A stretch of DNA of 64,000 nt from Anaerolineales bacterium (GCA_040899905.1 JBBDZX010000005.1:698199-762198), one strand, 5' to 3'; shown: positions 54,771 to 63,201, counted from the first letter of the stretch. A program made the numbers and translations. The notes: generated from the sequence alone by a model not told the origin.

Positions 54771-55826
54771 CTAGGGAAGGAAATTCAGGGGGTTGAGGAA
54801 TGACCCGCTGTCGAGCCGGATGCCAAAGTGGAGGTGGTATCCGGTCGAGTTGCCTGTGCTCCCGGACTCCGCGATCTGCTGCCCCTGGCTAACCCCCTGC
54901 CCGACGGAAATCAGGTTGGCCTCGTTGTGGGCATAGTAAGTCCAGAAGCCATTGGCGTGGTCCAGGATCACGAGATTCCCATACCCGGTGCTGCTCCATC
55001 CGGAAAAAATGGCCGTCCCACTATCGGAGGCGAACACCGGCTGGCGGAAATACGTGTCAATGTCGATCGCCGGATGGCCATCCCAGTAGCCCTGGGTAAT
55101 GTTGCGCGTGTTGACCGGCCAGAGGAAGTATCCGTTCCCGGTCTCGACCAGCGGGCCGGAGTAGAGCCCCGGGGAACGCCGGCCCAACCCGGCCACGATT
55201 GCGGGACCCGGCTCGGACCAGGCCAGAGTCCGGATGCCGCCTGGGACGATGAGTTCCTGACCCACCTCGGGCGCACTGCCCTCGGCGGCGATCCCGTTCC
55301 CGGGAAATTCGCGAATGTCCTCTGGCGTCACCCCGTAGATGCTCGCAATCGACTCGACCGTGTCGCCTTCGCGAACTTCGTGCAGCACTCCGTCCACGGG
55401 CGCAATCTTCAGCCCGATCCCGATGGAGAGGTTGCCGGCTTCGACGCTAAGCCATGGGTTCCCCCACAGGATCGTCTCCGGCCGCAGGCCGAACTGTTCG
55501 CCGATCGACCACGCCGTGTCGCCCAGCTGCACCGTGTACTCGATCACTTGAAAGCGGGGCCGTTGAGGAATCACCGTCCGCAAGAGGGCGAGGCGGCGCA
55601 CATCCCCACTCTCCACCTCGAAAGTGTAGGGTCCAAGATCGGCTGTGGTCAGGGCCGCCGAGGCCGTCGTGGTGGCGGAGGGCTCGTCCGAGCCCGAGGT
55701 CACGGACAAGGGAGGGCTCGGCGTACAAGCGGCCAGGATCGCCAGGGTAAGTCCCGCCGCGAACCAGCCGAACCCGCTGCCCCTTCCCCGTTGGCGGCCC
55801 ATGGGCCGCGACCTTTCCGAATTCAC
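54771..55826 (-). CDS. LysM-domain M23-family metallopeptidase lipoprotein
   Basis: Lipobox LAILAAC. Two LysM repeats (YTVQLGDTAWSIGEQFG, HEVREGDTVESIASIYG). M23 motifs HPAIDID and GNSTGYHLHFGI. Confidence 0.9.
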   Translation of the reverse strand: MNSERSRPMGRQRGRGSGFGWFAAGLTLAILAACTPSPPLSVTSGSDEPSATTTASAALTTADLGPYTFEVESGDVRRLALLRTVIPQRPRFQVIEYTVQLGDTAWSIGEQFGLRPETILWGNPWLSVEAGNLSIGIGLKIAPVDGVLHEVREGDTVESIASIYGVTPEDIREFPGNGIAAEGSAPEVGQELIVPGGIRTLAWSEPGPAIVAGLGRRSPGLYSGPLVETGNGYFLWPVNTRNITQGYWDGHPAIDIDTYFRQPVFASDSGTAIFSGWSSTGYGNLVILDHANGFWTYYAHNEANLISVGQGVSQGQQIAESGSTGNSTGYHLHFGIRLDSGSFLNPLNFLP

Positions 55827-55854
55827 TGCGCGTTCGTCTTGGAGGACATCCTCC

Positions 55855-57321
55855 TTACGTGAGCCTGGGGACCAAAATGGCGACCACGTACCCGCCCACC
55901 AGCAGCAGGCCCGTGTAGAAATGCGTGAAGACCGTTGTGGCGTTGGCTGGGATTAGCCGGTAAGCATAGTTGTGGTGCCGCCGCAGGAGCCCATACGCCT
56001 TCCACGCCATGGGAATGGTGAGAAGGCCAAGCAGAGTGGGCATGGGCAGTCTGCTCAGAGCCACCGGGATGACGATGGCCAGGTACGCGGCCGCCATCAG
56101 GAGCCCGTAGCCCTTGATCGCGGTCTGCGGGTCGAGGCGAGTGATCAGCGTGCGCTTGCCCGCTTTCGCGTCCCACATTCGGTCGGGGATCTCGTTAATG
56201 TAGAGAACTGCCGCAATCATGAGACCGATCGGAATGGACGCGAGCCAGGCCTCGTTGCTCCAGCGCTGCTGTTGCACCCAGTACGCGCCCACCACCATCA
56301 CGGGCCCAAAGCCGAGCCCCACGGCCAACTCCCCCAGGCCACGATGGACCAGCCGCACAGGCGGCGCGGTGTACAGGTAACCCAGGAGAAATCCGGCCAC
56401 GCCAAACCACGCCAGCCCCCAACCACGGAGCGCCGCCAGCACCAGCCCGATGACCGTCCCTCCCGCGTACATCGCCAGGGCCAGCGTCCGCAGGCGGCCG
56501 GGGTCGATCAGCCCGCGCTGGATCAAACGGGAGCCTCCGGCGAACGGCGTGGGAGTCAGATTGGCTTCGTCGGCGCCGCTGCGGTGATCGAAGTTATCGT
56601 TGATCACATTCGTCCCCAGGTGGAACAAGGATGCTCCCACGAGCGTCAGCAGGAAGAGACCGAGGTTGAACGCCCCTTCCCTCGCTGCGACGGCGGTCCC
56701 CAGCAGGATGGGGACAAACGTGGCCGTCAGAAACGGCAGACGGGTGGCGTTGACGAACAGCGCCCACCCCGACGGTCGGGGCGTCTCCCGCCTCACCGTC
56801 CAGCGGACGTGATACTCGCCGTCGCGCTTCTCGACCTTGGTGTCGGCGCCCACAATGTCGCAAAAGCCTTCGACCAGTCCAATCTTGAATCCTTCCAGCA
56901 GGCCGTTGTCCATCCGCAAAACGAAGTGATCGGGGGCCGACTGGACGATCTGGCTGGCGCTGCCGTCGTTCAGAAAATAGGGATGGACCTCTGTGCAGAA
57001 TATTTCCATCATCTTGTTCGGTCTGCCTTGCAGTTGCTGGACCAGGTTGCGGAAGATGCTGGCCCACCTTTCGACCGAGGCAATCGTGATCTCCTCGATC
57101 TTCGATCCGTCCCCACTGCCGACCTCGCGGTCGATGAAGAGCACCGCCTCGTTGAACGGCGCCATCGGGCAGTCTTCGTCGGAATCCATCTTGCGGAACG
57201 CCGGTGCGCCGACGGCCTGTTCGAGCTTCTGCCACCCCTCCGCGCCGAGCACGGGCCGATAATTGCCGTACAGCAGCTGCCAGGACAGTGCCTTGACGGT
57301 TTGTTGTTCGATTGGCTTCAT
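55855..57321 (-). CDS. Fusion of a ~190-aa soluble N-terminal domain to a UbiA/MenA-type prenyltransferase
   Basis: UbiA motif NVINDNFDHRSGADE, 8-9 TM helices, and a second Asp-rich region YINEIPDRMWD. The N-terminal domain (MKPIEQQTVKAL...GEYHVRWTV) was not recognised. ATG 57321 lies 5 nt after GGAGA. Confidence 0.8.
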   Translation of the reverse strand: MKPIEQQTVKALSWQLLYGNYRPVLGAEGWQKLEQAVGAPAFRKMDSDEDCPMAPFNEAVLFIDREVGSGDGSKIEEITIASVERWASIFRNLVQQLQGRPNKMMEIFCTEVHPYFLNDGSASQIVQSAPDHFVLRMDNGLLEGFKIGLVEGFCDIVGADTKVEKRDGEYHVRWTVRRETPRPSGWALFVNATRLPFLTATFVPILLGTAVAAREGAFNLGLFLLTLVGASLFHLGTNVINDNFDHRSGADEANLTPTPFAGGSRLIQRGLIDPGRLRTLALAMYAGGTVIGLVLAALRGWGLAWFGVAGFLLGYLYTAPPVRLVHRGLGELAVGLGFGPVMVVGAYWVQQQRWSNEAWLASIPIGLMIAAVLYINEIPDRMWDAKAGKRTLITRLDPQTAIKGYGLLMAAAYLAIVIPVALSRLPMPTLLGLLTIPMAWKAYGLLRRHHNYAYRLIPANATTVFTHFYTGLLLVGGYVVAILVPRLT

Positions 57322-57431
57322 CGTCGTCTCCATCCTCTCATTTCATGATCATCCGAAACGGGTTCCGCGTTCGCCCGGCGGGTTGACTCAAGATTCAATG
57401 GCTCCGGCCCGAAGCGCGGCCGGGCTCGCGT

Positions 57432-57728
57432 TCATCCGCCTGCGATGGCCCCCACAATTCGAAACACCTCATCCCCGGAAGCGACGGCATCGGGAAGCGC
57501 GGCCCCCGGCGGTTCGTGAGAGAAATCCAGCCCGCAGGCGAAGAACCTGACGAACGCACGGCGCTCCCGGGTGACGTGATCGCGAATCGTCCCCTGCAGC
57601 ATCGGATAGCCGGCCTCGAGCGCATCCAGAATCGAAGTTTGCGTCACCGGTCCGTCGACGGGAAGGCGGACCTCGGCCCCGGTCTTGGCCAGATGCCGAA
57701 GGTGGGCCGGAAGGACCACGCGGATCAT
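57432..57728 (-). CDS. MoaD/ThiS-family ubiquitin-like beta-grasp protein ending in Gly-Gly
   Basis: 98 aa: [24 protein letters not shown]...[14 protein letters not shown]-stop. It is the tail of the otherwise spurious ORF 57432..58367. Its ATG overlaps the BNR gene stop (ATGA 57725..57728). Confidence 0.7.
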   Translation of the reverse strand: MIRVVLPAHLRHLAKTGAEVRLPVDGPVTQTSILDALEAGYPMLQGTIRDHVTRERRAFVRFFACGLDFSHEPPGAALPDAVASGDEVFRIVGAIAGG

Positions 57729-58840
57729 GGGACGGTCTGGACCTCTACGGAAAACACGGGCGGGAGATCGCGCACGATCGGCTGCCAATGGTCTCCGGCG
57801 TCGGCCGAGGCGTAGACCTGTCCGCCCGTCGTGCCGAAGTACACGCCACACGGGTCCAACGAGTCGACCGCCATCGCGTCCCGCAGCACGTTCACGTAGC
57901 AATCCTTCTGGGGCAGGCCCTTGGTGAGCGCCTGCCACTCTTCTCCGCCGGTGCGGCTTCGGTACACCCGCAGTTTCCCCTCCGGGGGATAGTGCTCCGA
58001 GTCGCTCTTGATCGGGACGACATAGATTGTCTCCGGCTCGTGCGCGTGGACATCGATCGGGAAGCCGAAGTCGCTGGGCAAGTTCCCGCTGATCTCCCGC
58101 CACGACTCGCCGCCGTTGTCGCTGCGCATGACGTCCCAGTGTTTCTGCATGAACAGCACCTGCGGGCGCGACGGATGCATGGCGATTCGGTGGACGCAGT
58201 ATCCGACCTCTGCCACCGGGTCCGGGAGCTCGTCCGCCACTTTCAAGCCGGAGTTCACCGGCCGCCAGGTCTCCCCTGAATCCTCCGACCGGAAAGCGCC
58301 GGCGGCGGAGATTGCAACAAAGATGCGGGTGGGGTCGCCCGGGTCCTGGACGATCGTGTGCAGGCACATGCCGCCGGCCCCCGGCTGCCAGAGGTTACCT
58401 TTTGCGCCGCGCAGCGCGGGCAGTTCTTCCCAGGTACCCCCGCCGTCCGCCGAACGAAACAAAGCCGCGTCTTCCACGCCCGCATAGACCAGATCCGGAT
58501 CGGTCAGGGACGGCTCGAGATGCCAGACGCGCTTGAACTCCCAGGGGTGTTGCGTCCCGTCATACCACTGGTGAGTGCCGGGGACGCCCTCGTACACGAA
58601 CTTGTTGCCGACCGGCTCCCAGGTCGCGCCGCCGTCGTTGGAACGCTGGATCACCTGGCCAAACCAGCCGCTGGATTGAGAGGCGTAAATTCGATTCGGG
58701 TCGGCAGGCGACCCTTTGGCGTGGTAGATCTCCCAACCCGCGAAGTGGGGTCCGCTGACCGCCCATCGGTCCCGCTTGGCGTCCGCAGAAAGGACGAACG
58801 CACCCTTATGTGTGCCCACGAGGACCCGAATTCCCGTCAT
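57725..58840 (-). CDS. Cytoplasmic BNR/Asp-box repeat beta-propeller protein
   Basis: Five Asp boxes ([40 protein letters not shown]) and no signal peptide. GGGAGG lies 5 nt before the ATG. Confidence 0.8.
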   Translation of the reverse strand: MTGIRVLVGTHKGAFVLSADAKRDRWAVSGPHFAGWEIYHAKGSPADPNRIYASQSSGWFGQVIQRSNDGGATWEPVGNKFVYEGVPGTHQWYDGTQHPWEFKRVWHLEPSLTDPDLVYAGVEDAALFRSADGGGTWEELPALRGAKGNLWQPGAGGMCLHTIVQDPGDPTRIFVAISAAGAFRSEDSGETWRPVNSGLKVADELPDPVAEVGYCVHRIAMHPSRPQVLFMQKHWDVMRSDNGGESWREISGNLPSDFGFPIDVHAHEPETIYVVPIKSDSEHYPPEGKLRVYRSRTGGEEWQALTKGLPQKDCYVNVLRDAMAVDSLDPCGVYFGTTGGQVYASADAGDHWQPIVRDLPPVFSVEVQTVP

Positions 58841-58927
58841 ACCCGCCTCCCTTCCCCAGGGTTCAAGTTTACTGTTGCCGGTTGCTAGTTACCAGCGTCC
58901 CGCTTCCCGCTTCCCGCTTCCACAAGC

Positions 58928-60325
58928 TCAATTCCGATCGCTGGATGCTGAGTGCTGGATGCTGGGTGCGGCCACTTGAGTGCTGACCTCTGCAATTTCC
59001 GGGACTCCCTCAAGATACCTCTGCGACAGCAGGCGGTAGTACTTCGACCGTAGCGCCACCAGGGTCAAGACCACACCCAGAATGCCGGTCAGCGTGAATA
59101 CCAGGGCGATGCCGCGGTCGGGGCCGGTCCCGAACCAGCCTCCGATCATCTGAACCCCCGAGCCGGTGGTCATAAACGGGATGAAGACGAACTGGGCAAT
59201 CGGTCCGATCAGGAACGCGGTCAGGGGCGAGGCGGCCATCTCGACGCTTTGGGCGAACCCGAATACCCTGCCCTGCCGCTCGGGCGGGACCAGCTTCTGG
59301 ATGATGGTGTGCTCGGAAGCTTCAATATAGGGGACGGCACAAATGTAGATGAACATCCCCACCGCCAGAGGCACGATCGACGCCTGAAGGGAGAACACGC
59401 TGCAGACCGCCCAGATGAGCAGGTTGGCGCCCATCATCACCCGCAGAGGGTTTCGGCCCAGGCCCCATTTGGCGATGGCGAGCCCGCCGACAATGAACCC
59501 CACACTCAGCACTCCCCAAAGCAAGCCCCACGCTTCCACCGAGACGAGCGAGAGCCCGTAGGCGTCCATCAGCGCCATGAACACGCCGCCCAGGAAATTG
59601 TTGAAGGACGTGAACAAGATCAGGGCGAACATGCCTGAAATGGCGCCGATGGCGGCCCACGTCCCGCGGATGTCGAGCTTGGGCGGCGCCTGACCGGTGT
59701 GGAGCGTCACCGCTTCGGGAATCGGCACCGTCCCCAGGTGGAGCATGCACGCGATCGTCATGATGACGGCCAGGATCAAGACCCAGTACATCCCCGCCAG
59801 GCCGACCAGGTACCCGCTGATGACCGAGGTGATCAGGAAGGAGATTCCAAAGGCGGTCCCCGACAATCCGTTCGCCTTATCCCGCCGGTCCTCCGGGATG
59901 AGCAAAGTGATGACGGTCGGCAAGGCGATGCCGCGAATGTTGCCGAGGATGACACCGAAGAGAAGCAGGGGCACGAAGATCCAGAGCGACAGGCTGGCCG
60001 TGTCTTTGAAGTCTCCGGCGGGTGCGGTGATGTACATGCCGAAGCCCACGGCGTAAATCAGGAGGGAGCCGGCACTGGACCACAGCATGACTTGCTTCTT
60101 CTTGTAGCGATCGACCAGACTTCCGAACCAGAATCCGGACACCGCCACCGTCACCAGGTAGATGCCGGCGACGACCCCCGTGGCGAGTACGGAGCGGGTC
60201 TCCAGGAACACAAAGAAAGTGATCGCGAACCAGACCGTGAAGTTCGTGACCGATGCGACCAGGGTGTTGGCAAGGATCTGGTAGAAGGTCCGCATCGGCG
60301 GCGGGTTCGAGCTGCCTGTCGTCAT
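58928..60325 (-). CDS. MFS transporter
   Basis: 12 TM segments, with the N-terminus FYQILANTLVASVTNFTVWFAITFFVF. Start chosen at ATG 60325. The last ~15 codons are encoded by a heptamer repeat tract. Confidence 0.8.
   Translation of the reverse strand: MTTGSSNPPPMRTFYQILANTLVASVTNFTVWFAITFFVFLETRSVLATGVVAGIYLVTVAVSGFWFGSLVDRYKKKQVMLWSSAGSLLIYAVGFGMYITAPAGDFKDTASLSLWIFVPLLLFGVILGNIRGIALPTVITLLIPEDRRDKANGLSGTAFGISFLITSVISGYLVGLAGMYWVLILAVIMTIACMLHLGTVPIPEAVTLHTGQAPPKLDIRGTWAAIGAISGMFALILFTSFNNFLGGVFMALMDAYGLSLVSVEAWGLLWGVLSVGFIVGGLAIAKWGLGRNPLRVMMGANLLIWAVCSVFSLQASIVPLAVGMFIYICAVPYIEASEHTIIQKLVPPERQGRVFGFAQSVEMAASPLTAFLIGPIAQFVFIPFMTTGSGVQMIGGWFGTGPDRGIALVFTLTGILGVVLTLVALRSKYYRLLSQRYLEGVPEIAEVSTQVAAPSIQHSASSDRN
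58940..58988. repeat. Heptanucleotide tandem repeat (7 units, GCTGGNT family) overlapping the 3' end of the MFS ORF
   Basis: gctggat gctgagt gctggat gctgggt gcggcca cttgagt gctgacc; this is the complement of the CAGCACC family. Confidence 0.7.
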
Positions 60326-60493
60326 TCTGTGATCCCTCGAGGGCTCAGCCGGCGGGGTCGGGGCCTCCCCCAAGTGGTGGAGACCAACACCACCTGTCTG
60401 GTGGATGTGGACCTGGAGCCCGTCTCGTACAATAAAATCATGCCCAGAGTGTCAGTCCCGCACTACCGAAGCGGCGGGCGTCCAGGAGGACAC

Positions 60494-60802
60494 ATGTCGA
60501 GTAAGCGAATGACCCAGTCCCAATTCGTGACCGCCGTCGCCAAGAATAGCGGATTGACGGGCAAGCAAGCCAAGGGGGCGTTGGCGGCGATCCAAACCGT
60601 TGTAGCGCACGAACTGAGCAGCAAAGGACCTGGAGAAGTCATTCTGCCCGGACTCTTCAAGTTGAGCGTGTCCCACAAGCCCGCCACGCGCCAGCACGAA
60701 GGCATCAATCCTTTCACCAAGGAGCCGATGCAATACAAGGCGCGACCGGCCCGCAAGGTCGTGAAGGTACGCCCCCTCAAGGCGCTCAAGGACGCGGTCT
60801 AA
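60494..60802 (+). CDS. hup: HU/IHF-family nucleoid-associated DNA-binding protein
   Basis: MSSKRMTQSQFVTAVAKNSGLTGKQAKGALAAIQ...RQHEGINPFTKEPMQYKARPARKVVKVRPLKALKDAV. SD AGGAGGA. It is the tail of the spurious long ORF 59699..60802. Confidence 0.9.
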   Translation: MSSKRMTQSQFVTAVAKNSGLTGKQAKGALAAIQTVVAHELSSKGPGEVILPGLFKLSVSHKPATRQHEGINPFTKEPMQYKARPARKVVKVRPLKALKDAV

Positions 60803-60954
60803 GCACCCGGAACCGGCAAGCCCGCACCGTCGAGGCTTCCGGGTCTCCCGTACGACGTTCCATGAAGCCACAACCATCATGCGCTCGGCCCCTGGGCCGG
60901 GCGCATGTTCATCCGGCCAGATCAGCGACCCGTTCCCGACTCCCCCACATTGGA

Positions 60955-61083
60955 TGTCATTCCGAGGCCGCGTTTCTGGCGGCCGAGGAATCTCCAAGGC
61001 GCGTCCCTGAAGGGCACGATCTTATGGCACCGAAAGCCGGTCTCACCTTGACGCTCGCGTCGCGCGTGTTGGTACGGGCAGGG
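60955..61083. repeat. Copy 1 of a ~130-bp direct repeat
   Basis: TGTCATTCCGAGGCCGCGTTTCTGGCGGCCGAGGAATCTCCAAGGCGCGTCCCTGAAGGGCACGAT...GTGTTGGTACGGGCAGGG. It differs from copy 2 at only a few positions and begins with an imperfect hairpin (CATTCCGAGGCCGC / GCGGCCGAGGAATC). Confidence 0.8.
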
Positions 61084-61150
61084 ACTCTTCGCCCCGCATG
61101 CGTGCCGCGGAGCTCAGAGTGACACCTTTGGACTGTGGCTTCGCGTTGGG

Positions 61151-61280
61151 TGTCATTCCGAGGCCGCGTTCCTGGCGGCCGAGGAATCTCCAAGGCGCGT
61201 CCCTGAAGGGCACGATTCTATGGCACCGAAAGCCGGTCTCCACCTTGACGCTCGCGTCGCGCGTGTTGGTACGGGCAGGG
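61151..61280. repeat. Copy 2 of the ~130-bp direct repeat
   Basis: Same sequence as 60955..61083, with roughly 4 substitutions and one 1-nt indel. The copy-to-copy period is 196 bp. Confidence 0.8.
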
Positions 61281-61303
61281 TGAGAAAGCTTCCCCGATCT
61301 GTG

Positions 61304-61729
61304 TCACTTCCGCTTCGCTTTTTTGGCGCCCCTCACGGTCTTGGCATTCGACCCCGCCGCCGCCTTCTTCCCCCCGCCCGCATTCAGCGCCACCGCGGCG
61401 CGGATGACCTCGAGCAGGGCCGCCTCGTCGATCGAGTCGCCCTCCTTGAAATTCACGGACCGCGAGGTCTTGGCTTCCAGGCCCCCGTTGAAAATCCTGC
61501 GCGGATCCTTCAGGGACGCGCCCTTGAAGACGTTCATCCCCACATGGTCGCTGAAGGAGCCGATGGCGCACACCAGCCCGTTGTGCGAGAACACGGGCGT
61601 GTCCCACTTCCACTCCTCCGTGATATCGGGGTCGACTTTATGGACAAGATTCCGCATACGGGCCATGAGCTTGCCCTGCCATGCGGGAAGTTCCGAGATG
61701 CGCTTGGTGATCTGCTCGGAAGGTTTCAT
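61304..61729 (-). CDS. DUF1801 (YdhG-like) domain protein with Lys/Ala-rich tail
   Basis: MKPSEQITKRISELPAWQGKLMARMRNLVHKVDPDITEEWKWDTPVFSHNGLV is typical of DUF1801. ATG 61729 lies after GGTGGAGA. Confidence 0.8.
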   Translation of the reverse strand: MKPSEQITKRISELPAWQGKLMARMRNLVHKVDPDITEEWKWDTPVFSHNGLVCAIGSFSDHVGMNVFKGASLKDPRRIFNGGLEAKTSRSVNFKEGDSIDEAALLEVIRAAVALNAGGGKKAAAGSNAKTVRGAKKAKRK

Positions 61730-61838
61730 CGGAGGGTCTCCACCTACGGAAGGGATTCTAACCAAGTGGGATGGTGATTGGATAAAGTGAGTAGTTGATG
61801 GCGGCCAGACCGGGGGCGCCCTTCGACAGGCTCAGGGC

Positions 61839-61922
61839 GCTGTGTGCTGGCAGCTGGGTGCTGGGTGCTGGCAGCTGGGTGCTGGGTGCTGGGTGCTGGG
61901 TGCTGGGTGCTGGCAGCTACTT
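61839..61922. repeat. Longest heptanucleotide tandem repeat (12 units, GCTGGGT with GCTGGCA variants)
   Basis: gctgtgt gctggca gctgggt x2 gctggca gctgggt x5 gctggca gctactt, between the DUF1801 start and the phenylalanine hydroxylase stop. Confidence 0.9.
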
Positions 61923-62024
61923 CCTCCGTCCCCTGCGCTCAAGCTTCTCGGCCTTGCCTTCCACCTGTTGCAGATACGCGTCCAGCCGCTCGTAGCGCCC
62001 CCGATCGACGACTTGACCCGTTGG

Positions 62025-62831
62025 CTACCCGGGCCCTCGGCCCTCCTCCGTCCTCCCCCTAGCCCTCGCCAGGTCGGCCAGCTCCCAATCCTCCAGCACC
62101 TCGTCCCCGACGTCCGGCAGCTCATCCTCGTTGATCGCGTTCACGGCCGGGATCGAGTCGAAATACGCTTGGAGCTCAGCCCGCAACGCCTCGAGCGAGT
62201 CCACCGCAAACAGCACCTCGTTGTAGCTGTAGATGGCCTTGGTGAAGGTGATCACGTTCTCGATGCTGAACGGCAGGATCGGCGTGTTGCCGGCCATGAC
62301 GTGCTGGATCTCGCCTACCGACGACAGGATGCCCGCGCCCAGGATCTTCAGCTCGCCATTTTCCCGGATCAGCCCGAACTCGGTGCTGAACCAGGCCACG
62401 CGCTTGATTTCCTCGCGCCTCTCGGGGCTGGCTCGCAGGAAGGGGATGGCGAACATGTCCTGCAGGGAGGTGTAGCGCGGCAGGACCATGAAGGGCAGAT
62501 GGCCGAAGATGTCGTGGAACATGTCCGGCTCGGGGGTGAAGTCCAGCACTTCCCACGCGCGCATGTACCCGGTGATGAGGAAGATGCGCCGGGCGAAATG
62601 ACGGTACCAGGGCACGGCGTCCGAGTAGCGCACCGAGGTGCGCCGCAGGCGCCAGCCGGTGCGGGGTGTGATGGCGGCGTTCAATTCCTCCAGCGACGGC
62701 AGCCGGTCGCCGGGTAGGCGCAGGATGTCGAAGCCCTCCAGGTACTCGCGGCAGGCGAACTTGCGGATGTTCGGCACCTGTCGCTCGAACAGTGTCCGCC
62801 ACACCCTGTGCTGGTCCTCCGTGAACTCCAT
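62025..62831 (-). CDS. phhA: Phenylalanine-4-hydroxylase (bacterial aromatic amino acid hydroxylase)
   Basis: Iron-binding motifs PEPDMFHDIFGHLPF and AWFSTEFGL, and size typical of bacterial PhhA. GGAGG lies 6 nt before the ATG. Confidence 0.92.
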   Translation of the reverse strand: MEFTEDQHRVWRTLFERQVPNIRKFACREYLEGFDILRLPGDRLPSLEELNAAITPRTGWRLRRTSVRYSDAVPWYRHFARRIFLITGYMRAWEVLDFTPEPDMFHDIFGHLPFMVLPRYTSLQDMFAIPFLRASPERREEIKRVAWFSTEFGLIRENGELKILGAGILSSVGEIQHVMAGNTPILPFSIENVITFTKAIYSYNEVLFAVDSLEALRAELQAYFDSIPAVNAINEDELPDVGDEVLEDWELADLARARGRTEEGRGPG

Positions 62832-62920
62832 GGTTGGCCTCCATTAGCATCCACCGACTGCGGGCTTCGACTTCGCCGTCCACCCGATGAACCCAGGACG
62901 GCTCCGCTCAGAATGCAGGC

Positions 62921-62959
62921 AACAAAAAGAGCCACGGGCTGGATCGCGCCCGTGGCTCT
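62921..62959 (-). terminator. Canonical Rho-independent terminator 90 nt upstream of the phhA start codon
   Basis: Minus strand: AGAGCCACGGG - 10-nt loop - CCCGTGGCTCT followed by TTTTTGTTG. Confidence 0.65.
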
Positions 62960-62987
62960 GCAGGATCTGGGTTGAGATTGCTCTAGC

Positions 62988-63119
62988 TCACCTTATCCCC
63001 ACCGACCCTCGGCCCGCCGCCTCCAGCCCAGCGCCCATGCTGGCATAGATGTAGTAGTAGGCGTACAGGCGGGGGGCGGAGTGGGTCATTCGGCTTAGGG
63101 CTTGGTCCTGGCGATTCAT
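62988..63119 (-). CDS. Possible 43-aa leader-type ORF with a Tyr-codon cluster
   Basis: My translation: MNRQDQALSRMTHSAPRLYAYYYIYASMGAGLEAAGRGSVGIR-stop. Five of seven consecutive codons are Tyr (TAC x4, TAT). The stop lies 28 nt before the terminator stem. The SD is weak; third-position GC is high. Confidence 0.3.
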   Translation of the reverse strand: MNRQDQALSRMTHSAPRLYAYYYIYASMGAGLEAAGRGSVGIR

Positions 63120-63201
63120 CTTACCGGCAGTCGAGGGCGCAGTCAAGATGGAAGAGAAGCTGTCAGCTGACGGCTGTGAGCGGTCATCCCCGTTGGACGC
63201 T

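Noticed and set aside
55972-57348. 458-aa plus-strand ORF
   Set aside because: It lies antisense to the UbiA-fusion gene and shows no motifs.
57729-58367. N-terminal two thirds of ORF 57432..58367 (-)
   Set aside because: It is out of frame within the BNR propeller gene. Only the last 98 codons, after the BNR stop, form a credible MoaD-like protein.
59699-60493. N-terminal 265 codons of ORF 59699..60802 (+)
   Set aside because: It lies antisense to the MFS transporter. Only the HU-like C-terminal 102 codons, which have their own SD and ATG, are credible.
61839-61922. Considered whether the tandem repeats here and at the five other loci could be CRISPR arrays
   Set aside because: The unit length is 7 nt, there are no unique spacers and no cas genes. 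These are microsatellite-like heptamer arrays.
61842-62883. ORFs 61842..62717 (+) and 62176..62883 (-)
   Set aside because: They overlap the phenylalanine hydroxylase gene on the other strand or in another frame. The plus-strand ORF begins inside the heptamer repeat.
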